From Chrysomallon squamiferum (taxonomy: Eukaryota; Animalia; Mollusca), in contig CM022676.1 in the NCBI GenBank assembly GCA_012295275.1, positions 6,510,001 through 6,574,000 of the forward strand: a DNA stretch of 64,000 bases, in the 5' to 3' direction. Below the pieces are notes generated by a model. It ran no database searches. It was not told the DNA's origin and saw only the letters and a list, made by a program, of their open reading frames with translations. Position 1 is the first letter of the stretch, and each line of letters opens with the position of its first letter. Shown here one piece after another: positions 26,853-54,322 of this stretch. A program made the position numbers and the translations under genes.

Positions 26853-27680
26853 ATGTTGTCGACTATTGAAGAAGCAAACCATTGGATGTTTCAGTTAAAA
26901 CTCTTAATCTGTGCTTCAGTTATTGGAAACTGTTTATCAATCTTTCTTCTGCTGCGAAAACTCAGAATATCGTCTGCTCTCTATATCGTTCCACTGACAA
27001 TGTTCGACGCCATTTTTCTCATGTTGCTGCTCAGATGTCTACAGAACACGTTGCCGAACATGTCGATCCTGAACGTCGTCGTCATCGTTGCGTGCGTTCA
27101 GGCCAACGTCTGCAGGGTGACGACTCTGGTGACAGAAAAGAAAGTCTTTTCCTCGATGTTTGGCTTGTCTTTCGGAAGTTCGCAGACTGGAAGAAACAAC
27201 AGCGAAAGATTCGCAATGGCTGCCGTAGCCGCGTGCAGTGTCTGTGTAGGTTTGTTGCTTTTAAAAACGACCATGAATTATACAGACGACGATTCGTTAG
27301 TTCCCCTTCTTCAGTTTGTACAGATTGCCACCTTACAGATTCTTCCGCTGTCCGGCATGTTGTATTTATCCGCGCGAGTGAAATGGCTTTTGGAAGATCT
27401 GTATTCCGTGCCGCTTGCGACTTGCAATTCCACTGCAGCACCAAAGACACAAGTCTGCATCTATGCAGTGATGGCGTCACTAATTACGTATCCGATTTTT
27501 TGCTACACCATAATAACCGCACTCTTGGTCCCGGATGACGTAACAACGCAAGTGAAATACGTCACGTTTTTTGCTTGTGTTTTCCAGTGTTTCGCTAATC
27601 TATTAATGTACCTGTTGTTAACTGCGTGGAGTTCAGAACAAGGTAACAAAACAGAAAAAAATATTTTTGAAATAATATAA
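26853..27680 (+). CDS. Intronless 7TM GPCR-like protein, 275 aa; divergent paralog of the 6978-7757 gene
   Basis: The first ATG is at 26853; the track start at 26793 is a TTG before a poly-A. Alignable motifs with copy 1: SVIGNC/GILGNC, KLRISSALYI/KLKIPSSFYV, TLVTE/SLTTE, ILPLSG/LLPQAG, ITYPIF/VTYPVF, PDD/PDD and QCFANLLMY/QCGASFFVY. A splice acceptor ttttatttccAG ending at 26780 suggests a 5'UTR intron. Confidence 0.8.
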   Translation: MLSTIEEANHWMFQLKLLICASVIGNCLSIFLLLRKLRISSALYIVPLTMFDAIFLMLLLRCLQNTLPNMSILNVVVIVACVQANVCRVTTLVTEKKVFSSMFGLSFGSSQTGRNNSERFAMAAVAACSVCVGLLLLKTTMNYTDDDSLVPLLQFVQIATLQILPLSGMLYLSARVKWLLEDLYSVPLATCNSTAAPKTQVCIYAVMASLITYPIFCYTIITALLVPDDVTTQVKYVTFFACVFQCFANLLMYLLLTAWSSEQGNKTEKNIFEII

Positions 27681-28777
27681 AAGAAAAGAAAAGAAGAAAA
27701 AAAAAAGAATTTATTGGGATATTTGTAATACTGTTATTTGTTTTCTTTCGTGTTGAATTTAAATTTTGTTCCGTCACTGTTTATTTTTTAAATTTTTTAA
27801 TTTTTTTTTTTTTTTATAAATATTTTATTGTTATTATCGTTATTTTATTATCATTATCATAATTGTTGTTTTTATTATTATATTATTATTATCATCATTA
27901 TCGTAATTGTTGTTGTTTTTATTATTATATTATCATCATCATCATCATTATTATTATTATCATTATTATCATCATCATCATCATCATTATTATTATTTGT
28001 AGTAGTAGCAGTAGTAGTAGTATAAATTGTAGAACTTACTTAGTATTTGGTATATAGTAATAATTTAAATAATTATTTATACGTAGACAAAGTCTTTTGC
28101 GGGTTTTTGTACATGCTGTGAAACTTACAAAATAACTTCTGCAAGAAAACATTTTTTATTGTGTCTGTACATAACTCTACTTGACGCAGATATTTCAAAA
28201 TTCTTACAATGAAGAAGGATTTCTCTGAGTGACATCTGTGACACTACATGATAAAATCAGATATTAAATCACTGCACAAACAATGAAACCAGAACCGAAA
28301 AACGTGGTGCACAATGAATTTTAAAAAAATGTTGAAATTTCTTCTTCATGAGCACTTTATCTGACATTTGTTTCGTCAGAAAAAAGCATAAATGGATTTA
28401 TAATGATGAAGATGCTCGTGAAAGTTTTTTTCTGTGCTGAAATTGGAAGAAGGTGTTCATAGTTTCTAATATTCATATTATTATTTGCAACAGAACGAGC
28501 TAAGGAGAAGTTTGTGGTATTAAAATGAAGCTTATGGCATAAAGAATATGAAGATACACGTAAATCATAATGGCATGTAAACAAAGAAACAAACAAATAA
28601 ATAAAATAAACAAAAATAATAAAAATGAAAGGAAAACAATTCAAAATCCAATTATTACCATACAATGTTTTCAGTTCTGGAAGAAGGGATATAACCGGCT
28701 TAGCTAGCCGACTAAGTATAAACATCAAGAAAGAGTTATCTGCCTTAGATTAATGTGTTAACTAATGTACTATGTGT

Positions 28778-28832
<55 letters not shown>

Positions 28833-29179
28833 CATATATTATTTCCCGGTGATTTGCTCATTGTTTGAAAACGGTATTCGCACATTTTTATTATGTCATT
28901 GTTTTATAAGTTCGAAATAAAATATACTAGCAAATGGTTGGTTCACTCGTTAAGAATTATATATACTTATTTGTTATTTTTCATTCGTTAAGATAACTCT
29001 ATCTTTAATTGCTTGATGTCACTATTCTTAAAAGGAGATTAAAAGTTGAAAATATAAGTATTTTTAGTAATTACAACAAGGTGACAGTATTTTGTTTTAA
29101 GTCCCAACATCCTATGTACTATTTTATTTTTGGATCCTTAGTGTGCTATAACGTTATATCGCATATACAAATAAAAACA

Positions 29180-29440
29180 TGACGTCATATACGTTTATTA
29201 TATTTACAATCTCATTACGTCATGATTTATAAAACAAATAAAAGACGTGATGTCACATTATTATTTTTATTGTTTTTTTACGTATCAGTGTTCTGTCAAT
29301 ATATGACGTCACATGTAATTCATAATATCAAAGGAGAAAGAAAGAACAACTGAAGTTGTGACGTCATCGCATACATAACGGACTGACGCTAGAAGAAACT
29401 TTAGAACAAATCTGACTACGCCATATCCAATGACGTAATC
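29180..29440. promoter_or_regulatory. Cluster of CRE/ATF motifs upstream of the Eph-like gene
   Basis: Perfect TGACGTCA at 29180, 29304 and 29359, plus TTACGTCA (~29216) and TGACGTAA (29431), about 650-900 bp upstream of the ATG. Confidence 0.4.
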
Positions 29441-29489
29441 CTTACAGCAAAATAGCAAGCCAGAGATGTTTTTAAATAGTGTTTTATGG

Positions 29490-29547
<58 letters not shown>

Positions 29548-30083
29548 TAATGTTGATGAAGAAATTAAAATTTAAAAATTAATAAAAATAACTTAAAACG
29601 TTTTCTTCGTTAATTTCAACATCTAAAGAAAACATTATATATGAATCAAACGTCTGTTACTGTTTTGTTTTTCTGTTATTCTTTCTGCGCATTAAATAAC
29701 AGGTAAACTCTGTCAATAAACACAAATTATCTTTATCCGCGAGAACAACAAGCAACAAATCAAAGTTCTGCCAAACGAAATCTGATTCATCAGGTGCAGG
29801 AAAATCCAATTTGACACATCAAAACAACCCTCGAAGCTTCACGTTACAAAGTCCCGTCTATTGATCCGGTTCAGTCCATTTCACCGGCAGAGGGGCGACA
29901 GCGCCGATGTCCTTAAAGTCGGTTCCATCTTCGTTAAGAGATCGGCTGCTGTCAAGTTCCGACGATCGATTTCACAACGCGACCTATTTCCAAGCGTTTT
30001 CTGCGATTGTAGCGTAGTGGGGAGAGTTCAGAAAAGCAGCCGATGACTTTTTGGGGTGCGACTAGTTCCCGAATGCTTACTGA

Positions 30084-43687
<13,604 letters not shown>

Positions 43688-44012
43688 ACAAGGAACGACA
43701 ACTCCTGCGCCACGTCTGAATGCCATTACTATGCAGGTCAATTCATCAGGGCAGCACAGCTACTGCTTTTTCAACACGATCTAAAAATAGTAACACCACA
43801 CTTGTCAGAAAAACAAGCAATTTTTATTTAAATTAATTTTATAACATCTATTATATATATTCAGATATACAAGATTTATGAAACAACATTTGTGAAAGTT
43901 TAAGCAATTTTCTGATTAAATTATTTATGAGTACTCAACATCTGTATTCAGAAATACAATATTTGACGAAACAAGTTTTTGTAACACTATATACTGAGGA
44001 TGTGTTATGTGG

Positions 44013-44081
<69 letters not shown>

Positions 44082-44344
44082 CAATAAAATAAGAGAAAAT
44101 CTGTATAAAACACATATTTTATATATCACAATAGCAAAAACGTATTTAATAAAAAATCTTTAATAACAAAAATTTAGAAAACAAATTTATATAGTGCAGT
44201 TTAGACTGCAATGTATATCAGTTATGACGTCATTTCCAGTGTTAAAAAAGTGCCATCTCTTGTGACTTGTCATACCTACGTACATTTGAATCGGCTGAAA
44301 ATATTTTGAATTAGTTCATTATCGTTCCTGTTACCTAGCAACAT

Positions 44345-44640
44345 CATAAGTTTCATAAATTCCCCTTTTCAAAGTTAACTTGTTATATATTCCCTATTTA
44401 AGATTAATCGTGTTATGATTTTCCTATTCAACGTTAATCTTTCATAAACCTCCTACTCAAAATTATGTGTTCCCTTTTTAATTTAAGTGTTATATATTCC
44501 CTATATTCCCAGGTTAATCATGTTACAAATTCCCTATTCAAAGTTGACGTTATATAATCCCCTAAGTACTTCAACAGTGTTACAAATTCCCTATTCAGAG
44601 TTATCGTGTTAATGTATTCCCAGTTTAATGTTAATGTTTT
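44345..44640. repeat. Degenerate ~30-bp tandem repeat (TTCCCTATTCAAAGTTAATCGTGTTA...) downstream of the Eph-like stop codon
   Basis: About 9 recurrences of variant TTCCCTATT..GTTAA motifs. Confidence 0.7.
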
Positions 44641-47600
44641 AGATAAACTATTATTATGCTGTAAGATTCATTTATGAAACTTGGTATTTGTATTAAATAG
44701 TTGACTATTTTATACTATTCATTATTAACATTTTCTTTAAATGATGTTTTTTTTTCTTAAGTTTAATAAACACTTTAAATACATTTTTTACCTTAAATAC
44801 GTCATCAGTTACGTAAGCACTTTCGTTTACTGTTGTATTTTTTGTTTTACGTAATAGTCACGTGTTATATAAATGATTCTTTGTACCTGTCATATATAAT
44901 TCATATATTTTTATTTAGCAATTAGTTTTTCGTTTTTACTATTAATACATTTTTTTTTTTTTTTTTAATTTTATACTGAATTTATACCTGTAATCTAAAT
45001 TGTGACTTTATGTTTTCTCGTGTGTCTATTTATCACGTGATCATACGTCATGCATACATTTACCTTTTTAGAACTTTATTTATTTATTTATTCTTAATAA
45101 TTGCTATTTGTCATTTATTTGTAATTGTTACATCTTTGATTGTAGATTATACCTTTAAGGATCATTTTTAACTAAAATAATTTATACGTCATATAAATAT
45201 TAATTTGTTTAAAATTCTTCTTCTTCTTTTATTTTTTATCTTCAATAAGTTTCCTTGATTTTGAATAATTATATGACTGTCATGTATTTTATACGTTTAT
45301 ATCATTGTGTTTTTAATACTTTAAAATTTAAACATGTATTATTAATCATCTTATTTCTTATACCACAACGTAAAAACATCTATTAATAATTTTTCGAATA
45401 TATCAGATACCATTTTTTTTACTTTTAGATCTCTGTAATTATTTTGAACATAGTTATATCCTGTAGATCATGAATCTGTTATATTTATATCATGAAATTA
45501 TTCCCTTTTTATTAAACTACATGTAATGCTTCATGAAGTAGTATTCGTTATATTGTTAGTTAACTAAACTTTTCTTAGTCATAAAACTTCATATTTTTGT
45601 TTTATTTTCATTAGAAGCATTTTTGTATTGTTATTTAAATATATATTACAATGTACAAGATTAAAATGTACAAGATTAAAATAATTATATATATTATAAT
45701 GTACAAGATTAAAATCATTATATATATTATAATGTACAAGATTAAAATCATTATATATATTTTAAAGTTAATGTTAGTCAAAAATAATAAGTTAATTTTA
45801 CGGACTAATATTGTTATGTTTTTCAAATTGTTGTTGATATTGTTCGAAGTAAAATAGGGCAAAGATATAAAGAGTATTTTATATTACCATATTTTCGTTT
45901 ATTTGTCTCAAAATATATGAAAATATTCCCTTTATTTTGATAATTAAATCATATTTCGAATACATTTATATATAAAAATATATATCTATTAGAGTTTTAA
46001 AATTCAGTAACAAACAGTAATACAGTTTGTTATATAGCACAATAATTCTTTTTTTTTTTTTGTCTTATTTATTTATTTATTTACTTATTTATTTGATTTT
46101 ATTTTATTTTAATATTGTTATTATTTTTCTAATTTATTATTACTTATGAAATTGTTTTCCATACAGAGTGGTTTTGTTAATAATTTAATATCCAACAAAA
46201 TATTATCACATCGTACGCGATGTTTGATTGGATAATACTAAATCTTATGTATTTATCCGCAGCAATCAAATTAGAGGTTACAAAACTAAAAAAATAAATC
46301 AATCAAGTTTCTCATTTTAATTTTCATATTGTCGTCAAGATTGTTGTATCATTTAGCAGGAAGTTAACTGAAAAACAGAAGTCAAATAAGGTCAAATGAC
46401 GTCATCAATATATTTTACGTTTAATTTTTGATATAAATATTTCAAATGCTTATTATTATTTCGCAACTCAGGAGTGATATCAGGAAAGTATTACTGCAAT
46501 ATTAATACCTCATTCGGTTTTTTAATTTGTTATATTTAATATGTTATATTTAATTCGTTATAACCTGTTTTCGTTTTAACCTGTTTCCGTTATTACCATT
46601 TTTTTATTAATGTTTGTTATGTATTCTCAAGTTAAGATGTTAAGAAATCTTGTTGTTTACTTTTCTGTTTACACTTGAACTGACATATACACGTACTGGT
46701 ACAAGTAAAGAGCCTCGATTCACGTTTATATACAATTAATATTACTGGTGATCATTCTTTACTAATAATAAAGGACAGAAATAAAATAGTAAGCTTTTGG
46801 GAATGCATCGAGTATGATATTTTAAGATGAACTGATCATAATGTCAATCCATGAAAGTAAATAAATATAAAAATAAAAAAATAAAAAAATAAATAAAAAA
46901 TAAATAAATAAATAAATAAAATTTTCAGAGTATATAATTGCAAAGTAAAGCCTCAGTTTGTAAGGAATTTTTGTAATTAATCTGTATGAACTGACATCAC
47001 AAAATAATGAAAAATTAGCAGTCAAGTTGCATAAGCATGTTATTTTAGTGAGACACTTTATTATTAGCAAAGATACGATCACAAAATGTTTAAAGATACA
47101 AAATATATTTAAACTGTTTTTACGTACCATCATAGGTACATGTTATAAATTGGCGAATATATTTATAATATACAAAATTTAGTTTATATTGTGCAGCTAT
47201 TGTATACACTGTTGATGTATATACATTTAAATTTCGTAAAAGCAGCTATAATACAATTACGTAATAATTGTGTATTTCACGTCATTGTGACAATATTGAG
47301 TTTTGTGACTTAACGATCGCCATTATTTATTATTGATGCCATGTGCTACGAAATATATAACATCCTAACGAATATATATATATATATATATATATACAAA
47401 CGTGACAATTAACTTGATAACAATACTCGTCATTTTACGAACAGAAGAAGAACTAAATATCGTATTCTGAAAGGCGCCATTGTCTAGACATACGTCAAAA
47501 AGTAATCCACCGGTGTACACTTAATTTTCTCTCTGTGAAATTATCTTTTTGTAGGGGAGACGGTCAGGGGGATTTATTTTTTTATTTTTTTATTTTTTTA

Positions 47601-48227
47601 AATTCTTTTGTTTTAATTTTTCGTTTAATAAATGTGTACCCTTTTACCCTTGGTCTTCATATGGCCAGGTCTCGAATAAAAGGCGCCTTAAAATTCATTG
47701 CCATAATAAATGTTTTATCTGCGGTTCAAAACAAAACTATAATTGTTTCTGACGCAGTCTATCAAGAGAAAGAAAATGGTGAACTAACGTCTGATCTACA
47801 ACCATGATTATCACCGTTAAACAAACAATTACTTCAATATTCTAAATCCGGCTATTTTTGTCTCTTTTTATATCTACCAAAATGTTCAGCATTGATTGTG
47901 TGTTATCCTACATATCGAACTAATGCTGAATGGTAAGTGTAAAATATCCCATTTATCAAACATACGTAATACGATATCGTAATAACAGAACCTGTGTTTG
48001 TGCTAATTGTTATACTGCCCTGCAGGACAGATACATCTTCTTTTATATATATTTTGTGTGTTACTGTGCGTGTATATGAAAAAACTGATTTTGCTGGTAT
48101 GATTATTTTTATTACTGCTGTCATTTCAATGTTGTTGTTGTTATTACTACTATTACTACTACTGATATTACTTCTACTACTACTACCATTTTTTATATTG
48201 ATGTTATTATTATTATTGCTATTGGTC

Positions 48228-48272
<45 letters not shown>

Positions 48273-48561
48273 GTTATTATTATTACTACTACTACTACTA
48301 CTTCTATTACTACCACTATCTTACTGTTATTATTAATGTTATTGTTATTTCTTTTATTATTTTTATTACTACTGCTATTATTATTATTATCATTACTAAT
48401 GACAGCATTAAATAATAATAATAATTATTAATTTTTTTTAATATTCTTGAATGTTAGGTTATGAATATTTATGAGCTGTAATATCGTTATGTTTATCTGT
48501 ATCATTGAAATAAAATGTTACATTGGGCTACTATATTTGGGGAAAACCAATCAAAATCGTC

Positions 48562-48616
<55 letters not shown>

Positions 48617-50065
48617 CGATGATGATGTATATATGTCGTAGAACACACACACACATGTGCGCAAAAATCGTAGGAATTTAATCCATATTTAGTCATGAAA
48701 ACAACTTTTGACATGTAGATCACATTAGTTAGAAATTCATATTTATAGTATTAACCACTGTTGGTTTCTTTTATATCTTTTTTTTTTTTTTTTTTACTAC
48801 GTAGAAAATATTCAATTTATTTCTCTTAGCCTTGTATGTAAACTTTGCATGTACGAAGTGAAAAATCGTAATAAACTTTAAAACTTTTAAAAAGAAGACA
48901 AAAATGGATTTGACCGAGTTCTGCTACTACTGCTGCTTCGACTGCTACCACTACAATAACTACTACTACTACTACTATCAGTACTCTTATCTTACTATTA
49001 GTACTACTGTCATTATACTATTATTATTGTAATTATCATTATACACTACTGCTGCTGCTGCTTCTGCGACTATTACTGCTACTACTACGACTATTACTGC
49101 TACAACTACAGTAACAACAGCTACTACTAGTACAACTATAATTTCTAATATTGTTACTACTACTACTACTGCTGCAGAATAATGTACAACTACTTTGTTG
49201 AATCCACTTTTTATAGTTAAACTTTCAATATTCTATTATATACAGTTTATTATAATACTTCTATTGATACTACTGCTGATACTACTAGTACTACTATAAG
49301 CTCTAGTACTGTGCCTACTAGTATTACTACTAGTAGGACTGCTCCTATTAATACTAGTACTATTGCTACTACTACAACTACTACCACACCTATGACTGCT
49401 ATTTCTACTACTATTCCTGTTATTAATGCAATTACTACTATTATACTACTACTGCTACCACTAATACAACTTCTATTATCAAATGATGATTATAATTATG
49501 ATGATAATAATAATAATAATGTTGATGATGTTGATGATAATGATGATGATGATAACAACAATTTTAAAAATTAAGGTCATTTTATACGAAATAAATATTA
49601 ATTAAAATTATGTTTATCAAAAATAGTTATATTTGTATCATCTTTTTATTTTATTTGTTTTATTTTTCCCGATTATAAGCCGCTTTATAAGTGTTTTGAG
49701 TCATCGGCCATTTTGTGTGTAATTAATAAATGGTTGTTATTTAGAAAGTAGTGTTAACGCTTTTTTGAACGGCTACAGATCGTTGCCATAAATATATATG
49801 TTGTTTGTTGTTATAGTTATACGGGTTTTCATTAAAAATTCTATAAGTATTCGAGTTTGTTTTTTTATTTTCTGTACGTGAATTTATATAATATCTTAAT
49901 TTAATTTACAATAAATACAGACAGCCTCATAGACAGACGCACATTTCTGTTAACTGGAATGGAAACTTGCCACGTCATCCTTCTCTTTAATTATTGTTTA
50001 TATTACAATTACTTTCATATGAATAGAATGAAAATCATAATTGAAAACTAAGTTAAAATTATTTA

Positions 50066-50099
<34 letters not shown>

Positions 50100-50329
50100 T
50101 TAACTAATTGAAAATTATTAGTTCATACAAAATGCTTCAAAAATTAAAATATGTTTCTATTTCATATATTCAGTATAAAATTTTGTCAAAAAAAAAAAAA
50201 AAATGATAGATATAAAATGAAATATAAATCTGAAAATAGATATTACACGATACATTAAAATTTAATGACAAAAATCAGATACCCAGTCTTTTGAAGTGTT
50301 TTATACTATCTGAATTGACGCCGCCAGTG

Positions 50330-50489
50330 ATGTAAGGGAAATAACTCTGCTGACCTAAATACACTATCCGTTAGTTACTGTTAGTCCGCCATTTTCGCAA
50401 TAACAGTTCATTTTTGCAAAGGAAATGCGTGAAAAAACTAGGATTTCTGTTGCCGATGGTAGCTAGGTTTCGTATCTTTGCATAAAACC
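50330..50489 (+). promoter_or_regulatory. Putative core promoter and non-coding first exon of the BTB-zinc finger gene
   Basis: CpG-containing island in AT-rich DNA with a YY1-like CCGCCATTTT at 50386-50395. A strong donor CC|GTGAGT at 50490 can pair with the acceptor at 52102-52103. Confidence 0.55.
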
Positions 50490-51072
50490 GTGAGTATTCT
50501 GTTTCCACTTTAAAAAAGCAGGTTTAGAAATAGATTCAATAAAATCGCGATGCGACACGGCACTAAAGGTGTTAACGTTAAAGGAATGGGCTAGAAGGGG
50601 TTAGCCGACATTTAGAAGAAATTCTAACAAAATTAATTTATTCGTATTTATGAAAAATAGGAGAGTGTTTGTCATTTATGTCATTACGGAACAAAATAAC
50701 GAAACCATCGAATAATTCTGATGACGCTTTTGAATAAAGGTTCATGCTGAGAATAATTTACGTCGAGCTAATTATTATGTTAATGTATGAGGTAAGAAAG
50801 TTCATTGGGGCCCTTTAGAGGTTCTGACAATAAATAAATAAATAAATAATTGTTATGTTTTTAAATATATTTCTGTTAATTATTGCTAAAAGTATAGAAA
50901 TTGTAATATATTAAAATTATTAAATAAATAAATATACAAACAAAATAAAATAAAATAATAGAAAATAAACAATGCAAAAATATATTTAATCAATTAAAAC
51001 TGCGATCAGACATAATACTGACAGGGCACGATCAGAAACTAGAAAATATGGATAATTAGTGAAAAGCTAAAC

Positions 51073-51107
<35 letters not shown>

Positions 51108-52103
51108 TTCCCTAAATTCCATGAACATGAATATCAGACTTATTATTTCTATTTTATTCGATACTTGCTTTATTATTGTTATGGCTATTTTTTCTGTTTT
51201 ACTTATTATTATTTTTAAATTGTTGTTCGTCTTCATATTATTGTTGTGAAAATAAAGTATAATAGTGAAGTTTATAGGATACGACGGTACAATCAATACT
51301 CGAGATTATTAAGTGGACCAAATTACTTGTTTTTTCTTTATCTGCGTACGGTAACATGTGACTAAATCGTTTATTTTTACCAAATTTAAAAGCATTGGAA
51401 TTTAAATGCCAAATCTGATTTTCAAAAAATATATAGAACTGAAAAATATAATATAATATAATATAATATAATATAATATAATATAATATAATATAATATA
51501 ATAATAATAATAAAAAAGATGAACAAAATGATTTTATGCAAACGTAAATTATTCTACATAATTCACCGAAACTTTTTTTTTTTTTTTTTTTTTTAATTTG
51601 CTCTTTGTTTGCAAAACTATCTTTGTAAAAGTTCATGTTCGTCAAATATTTTAAAATTTAATCTCAGCCTAAGACTTTATTTTAAAGAATAATAATTTAT
51701 TTTGAACGTCCGATTCGTAACGGTAACGCATTCAATAAAATGATACTTGTTTGTTTGTTTGTCTGTCTGTCTGTCTGTTTAGTTAGTTATCTTACTTTAG
51801 TTGTGATATATTCTAAGTGATTCCTTTGTAAATTTGTTTATTTATTTATAAAAATTCTTTTTAAAACTGGTTAGGTCTACTTTTATGAGAATTATCATCA
51901 ATATTGTTATTTTTATTTTATTGTTAGGAATGTACACTGTCGTTATATTTTTGTTATTTATCATCTTGCGTATTTATTTTTAGAATACCCATTATCGTGC
52001 TTTTCTTCATTTACCTATTATTGTTGTTGTTATCGTTGTTGTTGTTTTTGTATTATTGTTGTTGTTATAATTATTATTATTATTATTATTATTATTATTG
52101 TAG

Positions 52104-54322
52104 ATGAATAATGAAGACGACAAACAAAAAGTGGCCACCAATTTCGTTCACATCCTGGAAGATCATGGCGAAAATCTAAGAAATCAACTTTACCAGCAGT
52201 GGCTAAAGGGAGAGCACTGTGATCTAGCTATAAAGTTCAAGGACGGAGAATTAAACGTGCACAGTGCCGTTCTTTTCGCTGTTAGCCCCACTCTGGGCGA
52301 GCTCCCGAAAAAGAGATCAATCAGATACCTGAACATGCCCGATATGGAGTTATCTCATCTTGATCCTTTGATTAAAATGGCTTACACTGGGGTTCTTTGT
52401 GTAGAGCTGCCGTATGCCGAAGGCGTTGCTATGGCAGCGAGGAGGCTTGGTATGAAGGATATATGCCTAGCAATTCGTGGGTATCTGGACCAATTTCAGA
52501 AAGATCATATTTCGGCGGATAATCCTGTTTCCGAATCTGCTCCGATTGTGAATTCGGGTAACAAAAAGCGATCTCGTAAAACTGTTATCAAAAGGGGACA
52601 AACGGTGACAAAAGTGCCTAAATTGAGTCTAGCAAAATCGAAATTGAGTAGCAAGAACAAAAAGAGGAAAAGCAGTTCAAAGCAGAAACCGTCGCCGGAA
52701 TCTGATACCGACAGACGGTTTGATAGAGATGAAAATTTTCAAAATTCGCCTGGTTGTGAAAATAAAGAAATGGCCTGGTCTTCTCAGAATGCTATTAAAA
52801 CAGAAGAGATAGAGAACCAGTCAGAAGAACGTAATAACGAAAATCCTGTAAAATTTATTCATGGAGGATCAGAATCCGAAAGCGGAGAATTTGAGGATGA
52901 TAGCTCGTCAGGTTTTGAAATGACAGTCAAGGATTCTGACTTGGACTTAAAACTGAAAATAAGGAGACACAAAAAGCTGTTACAGAGAAAGGAAACTTAG
53001 ACGAGAACGAAAAGAAAGGAACTATTTACGATACTTCTGGACTGACAACGGCATCAAAAGCGACGACAGCACCATCATTAACAAAACTTGCTTACTTTGA
53101 AGGTCGAAGAAGCAGAGCTAAACGACAACGCAGAAATGAAGAAGGGAAGCTGAAGTGCCCCGGATGCAGCGCCATGTTTGATGTGGAAACAGATCTTCGG
53201 AAACACATAGAGTCTGAAGAGGCACATTTGTTGTTCAGATGTCCCGAGTGTGAGCTTAGCTACATAAGGAAGTCCAATCTGACTCGTCATATGAGGACGG
53301 CACACTCAAAAGAGTTCCACCTCAAGTGTCGATACTGCGACAGCATCGCTAACACGGAGAAAGAACTGCGAGAGCACTGCAAGACCCAACACGACAACGT
53401 CAACCCGTTCGAATGCGACAAGCCAAACTGCACGTACAAGACGTACAAGTACGATTTCCTGCGACGCCATCTTCAGATCCACAGCGTCAACCGCGAATTC
53501 GTCTGTGACAAGTGCGGGAAGACGTTCTCTCAACACAACGGTCTTTCTAGTCACAGGCGCACGTGCTACCACTTGCAGGAGTACCTCTGCGATTTCTGCG
53601 GGCAGGCGTTCAACCACTTCCAAAGCATGAAGTCGCACAGAAGAACTATCCACTTGGGAGAGAGACCGTTCATATGCAGCGAGTGCGGCTCGAGGTTCAC
53701 CGACCACAGGAATTTAAAAAGACACAAGCGAATTCACGAAAACAGTTTTCCGTATGCGTGCGAAATATGCGGGCAGAAATACAGACATTCCAACTCTCTG
53801 AAAGGTCACATGAAAAGACACGGCGACTCCTACGCACGTATCGCGGTTAGCGTAACGCACCTGGAATCGCTCGGTTCTGCAGGTCGCAAAGAACCAGCCA
53901 GTGAGAGTCTTACGTTTCAGCATCTCTACGACCAGACGTTTCCTTCAAAACCACAGGAGTTAGCAGACGCGAGCTATCCAACGAACAAAACCGGTATCCA
54001 GAACTTAAACTTCACCAGCATCGTAGAGTTACCTGCTCATAAATATCCCAATTCTTCAGTCACTCAACAGATGTCGCCGAACTTCGGCGGCAAAGACGCG
54101 GAGTTATCTTCGCGTGGCTACCAAAATAGTTCTAGTGCACGAACAAATTACGATAAAGAATCAGACTTGCCTCCGAATTTATACATTCCTTTGTACAGAG
54201 CTAAACCGGAAGGTGAAGGTCAAACAGACGTAGGTCAGAATAATGAATATTCATTACCAAGCAGTGACAGAAATCAGAACCTGGATGATCTGACAAACCT
54301 GTGCATGACTTCTAATTTATAA
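52104..54322 (+). CDS. BTB/POZ-domain zinc-finger transcription factor (ZBTB-like), ~739 aa, single coding exon with an apparent 1-nt frameshift between 52940 and 53000
   Basis: ORF 52104-53000 has a BTB domain (GEHCDLAIKF..VHSAVLFAVSP..LIKMAYTG..AARRLGM). The -1 frame is open from 52940 through 54322 and encodes 8 fingers (CPGC, CPEC, CRYC, CDKPNC, CDKC [C2HC], CDFC, CSEC, CEIC) with a GERPF linker. An acceptor tAG lies immediately before the ATG. Confidence 0.85.

Noticed and set aside
26882-27538. Overlapping alternative-frame and antisense ORFs on the 7TM genes and the zinc-finger exon (e.g. 26882-27538, 27082-27480, 12960-13271, 53306-53707)
   Set aside because: They are shadow ORFs of GC-richer coding sequence, with no recognisable domains and not shared between distant paralogs.
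43690-50300. Search for Eph FN3/TM/kinase exons downstream of exon 5
   Set aside because: Only AT-rich UTR-like and simple-repeat DNA was found, with no kinase motifs (GxGxxG, HRD, DFG) in any ORF I could read. Very small exons could be missed by eye.
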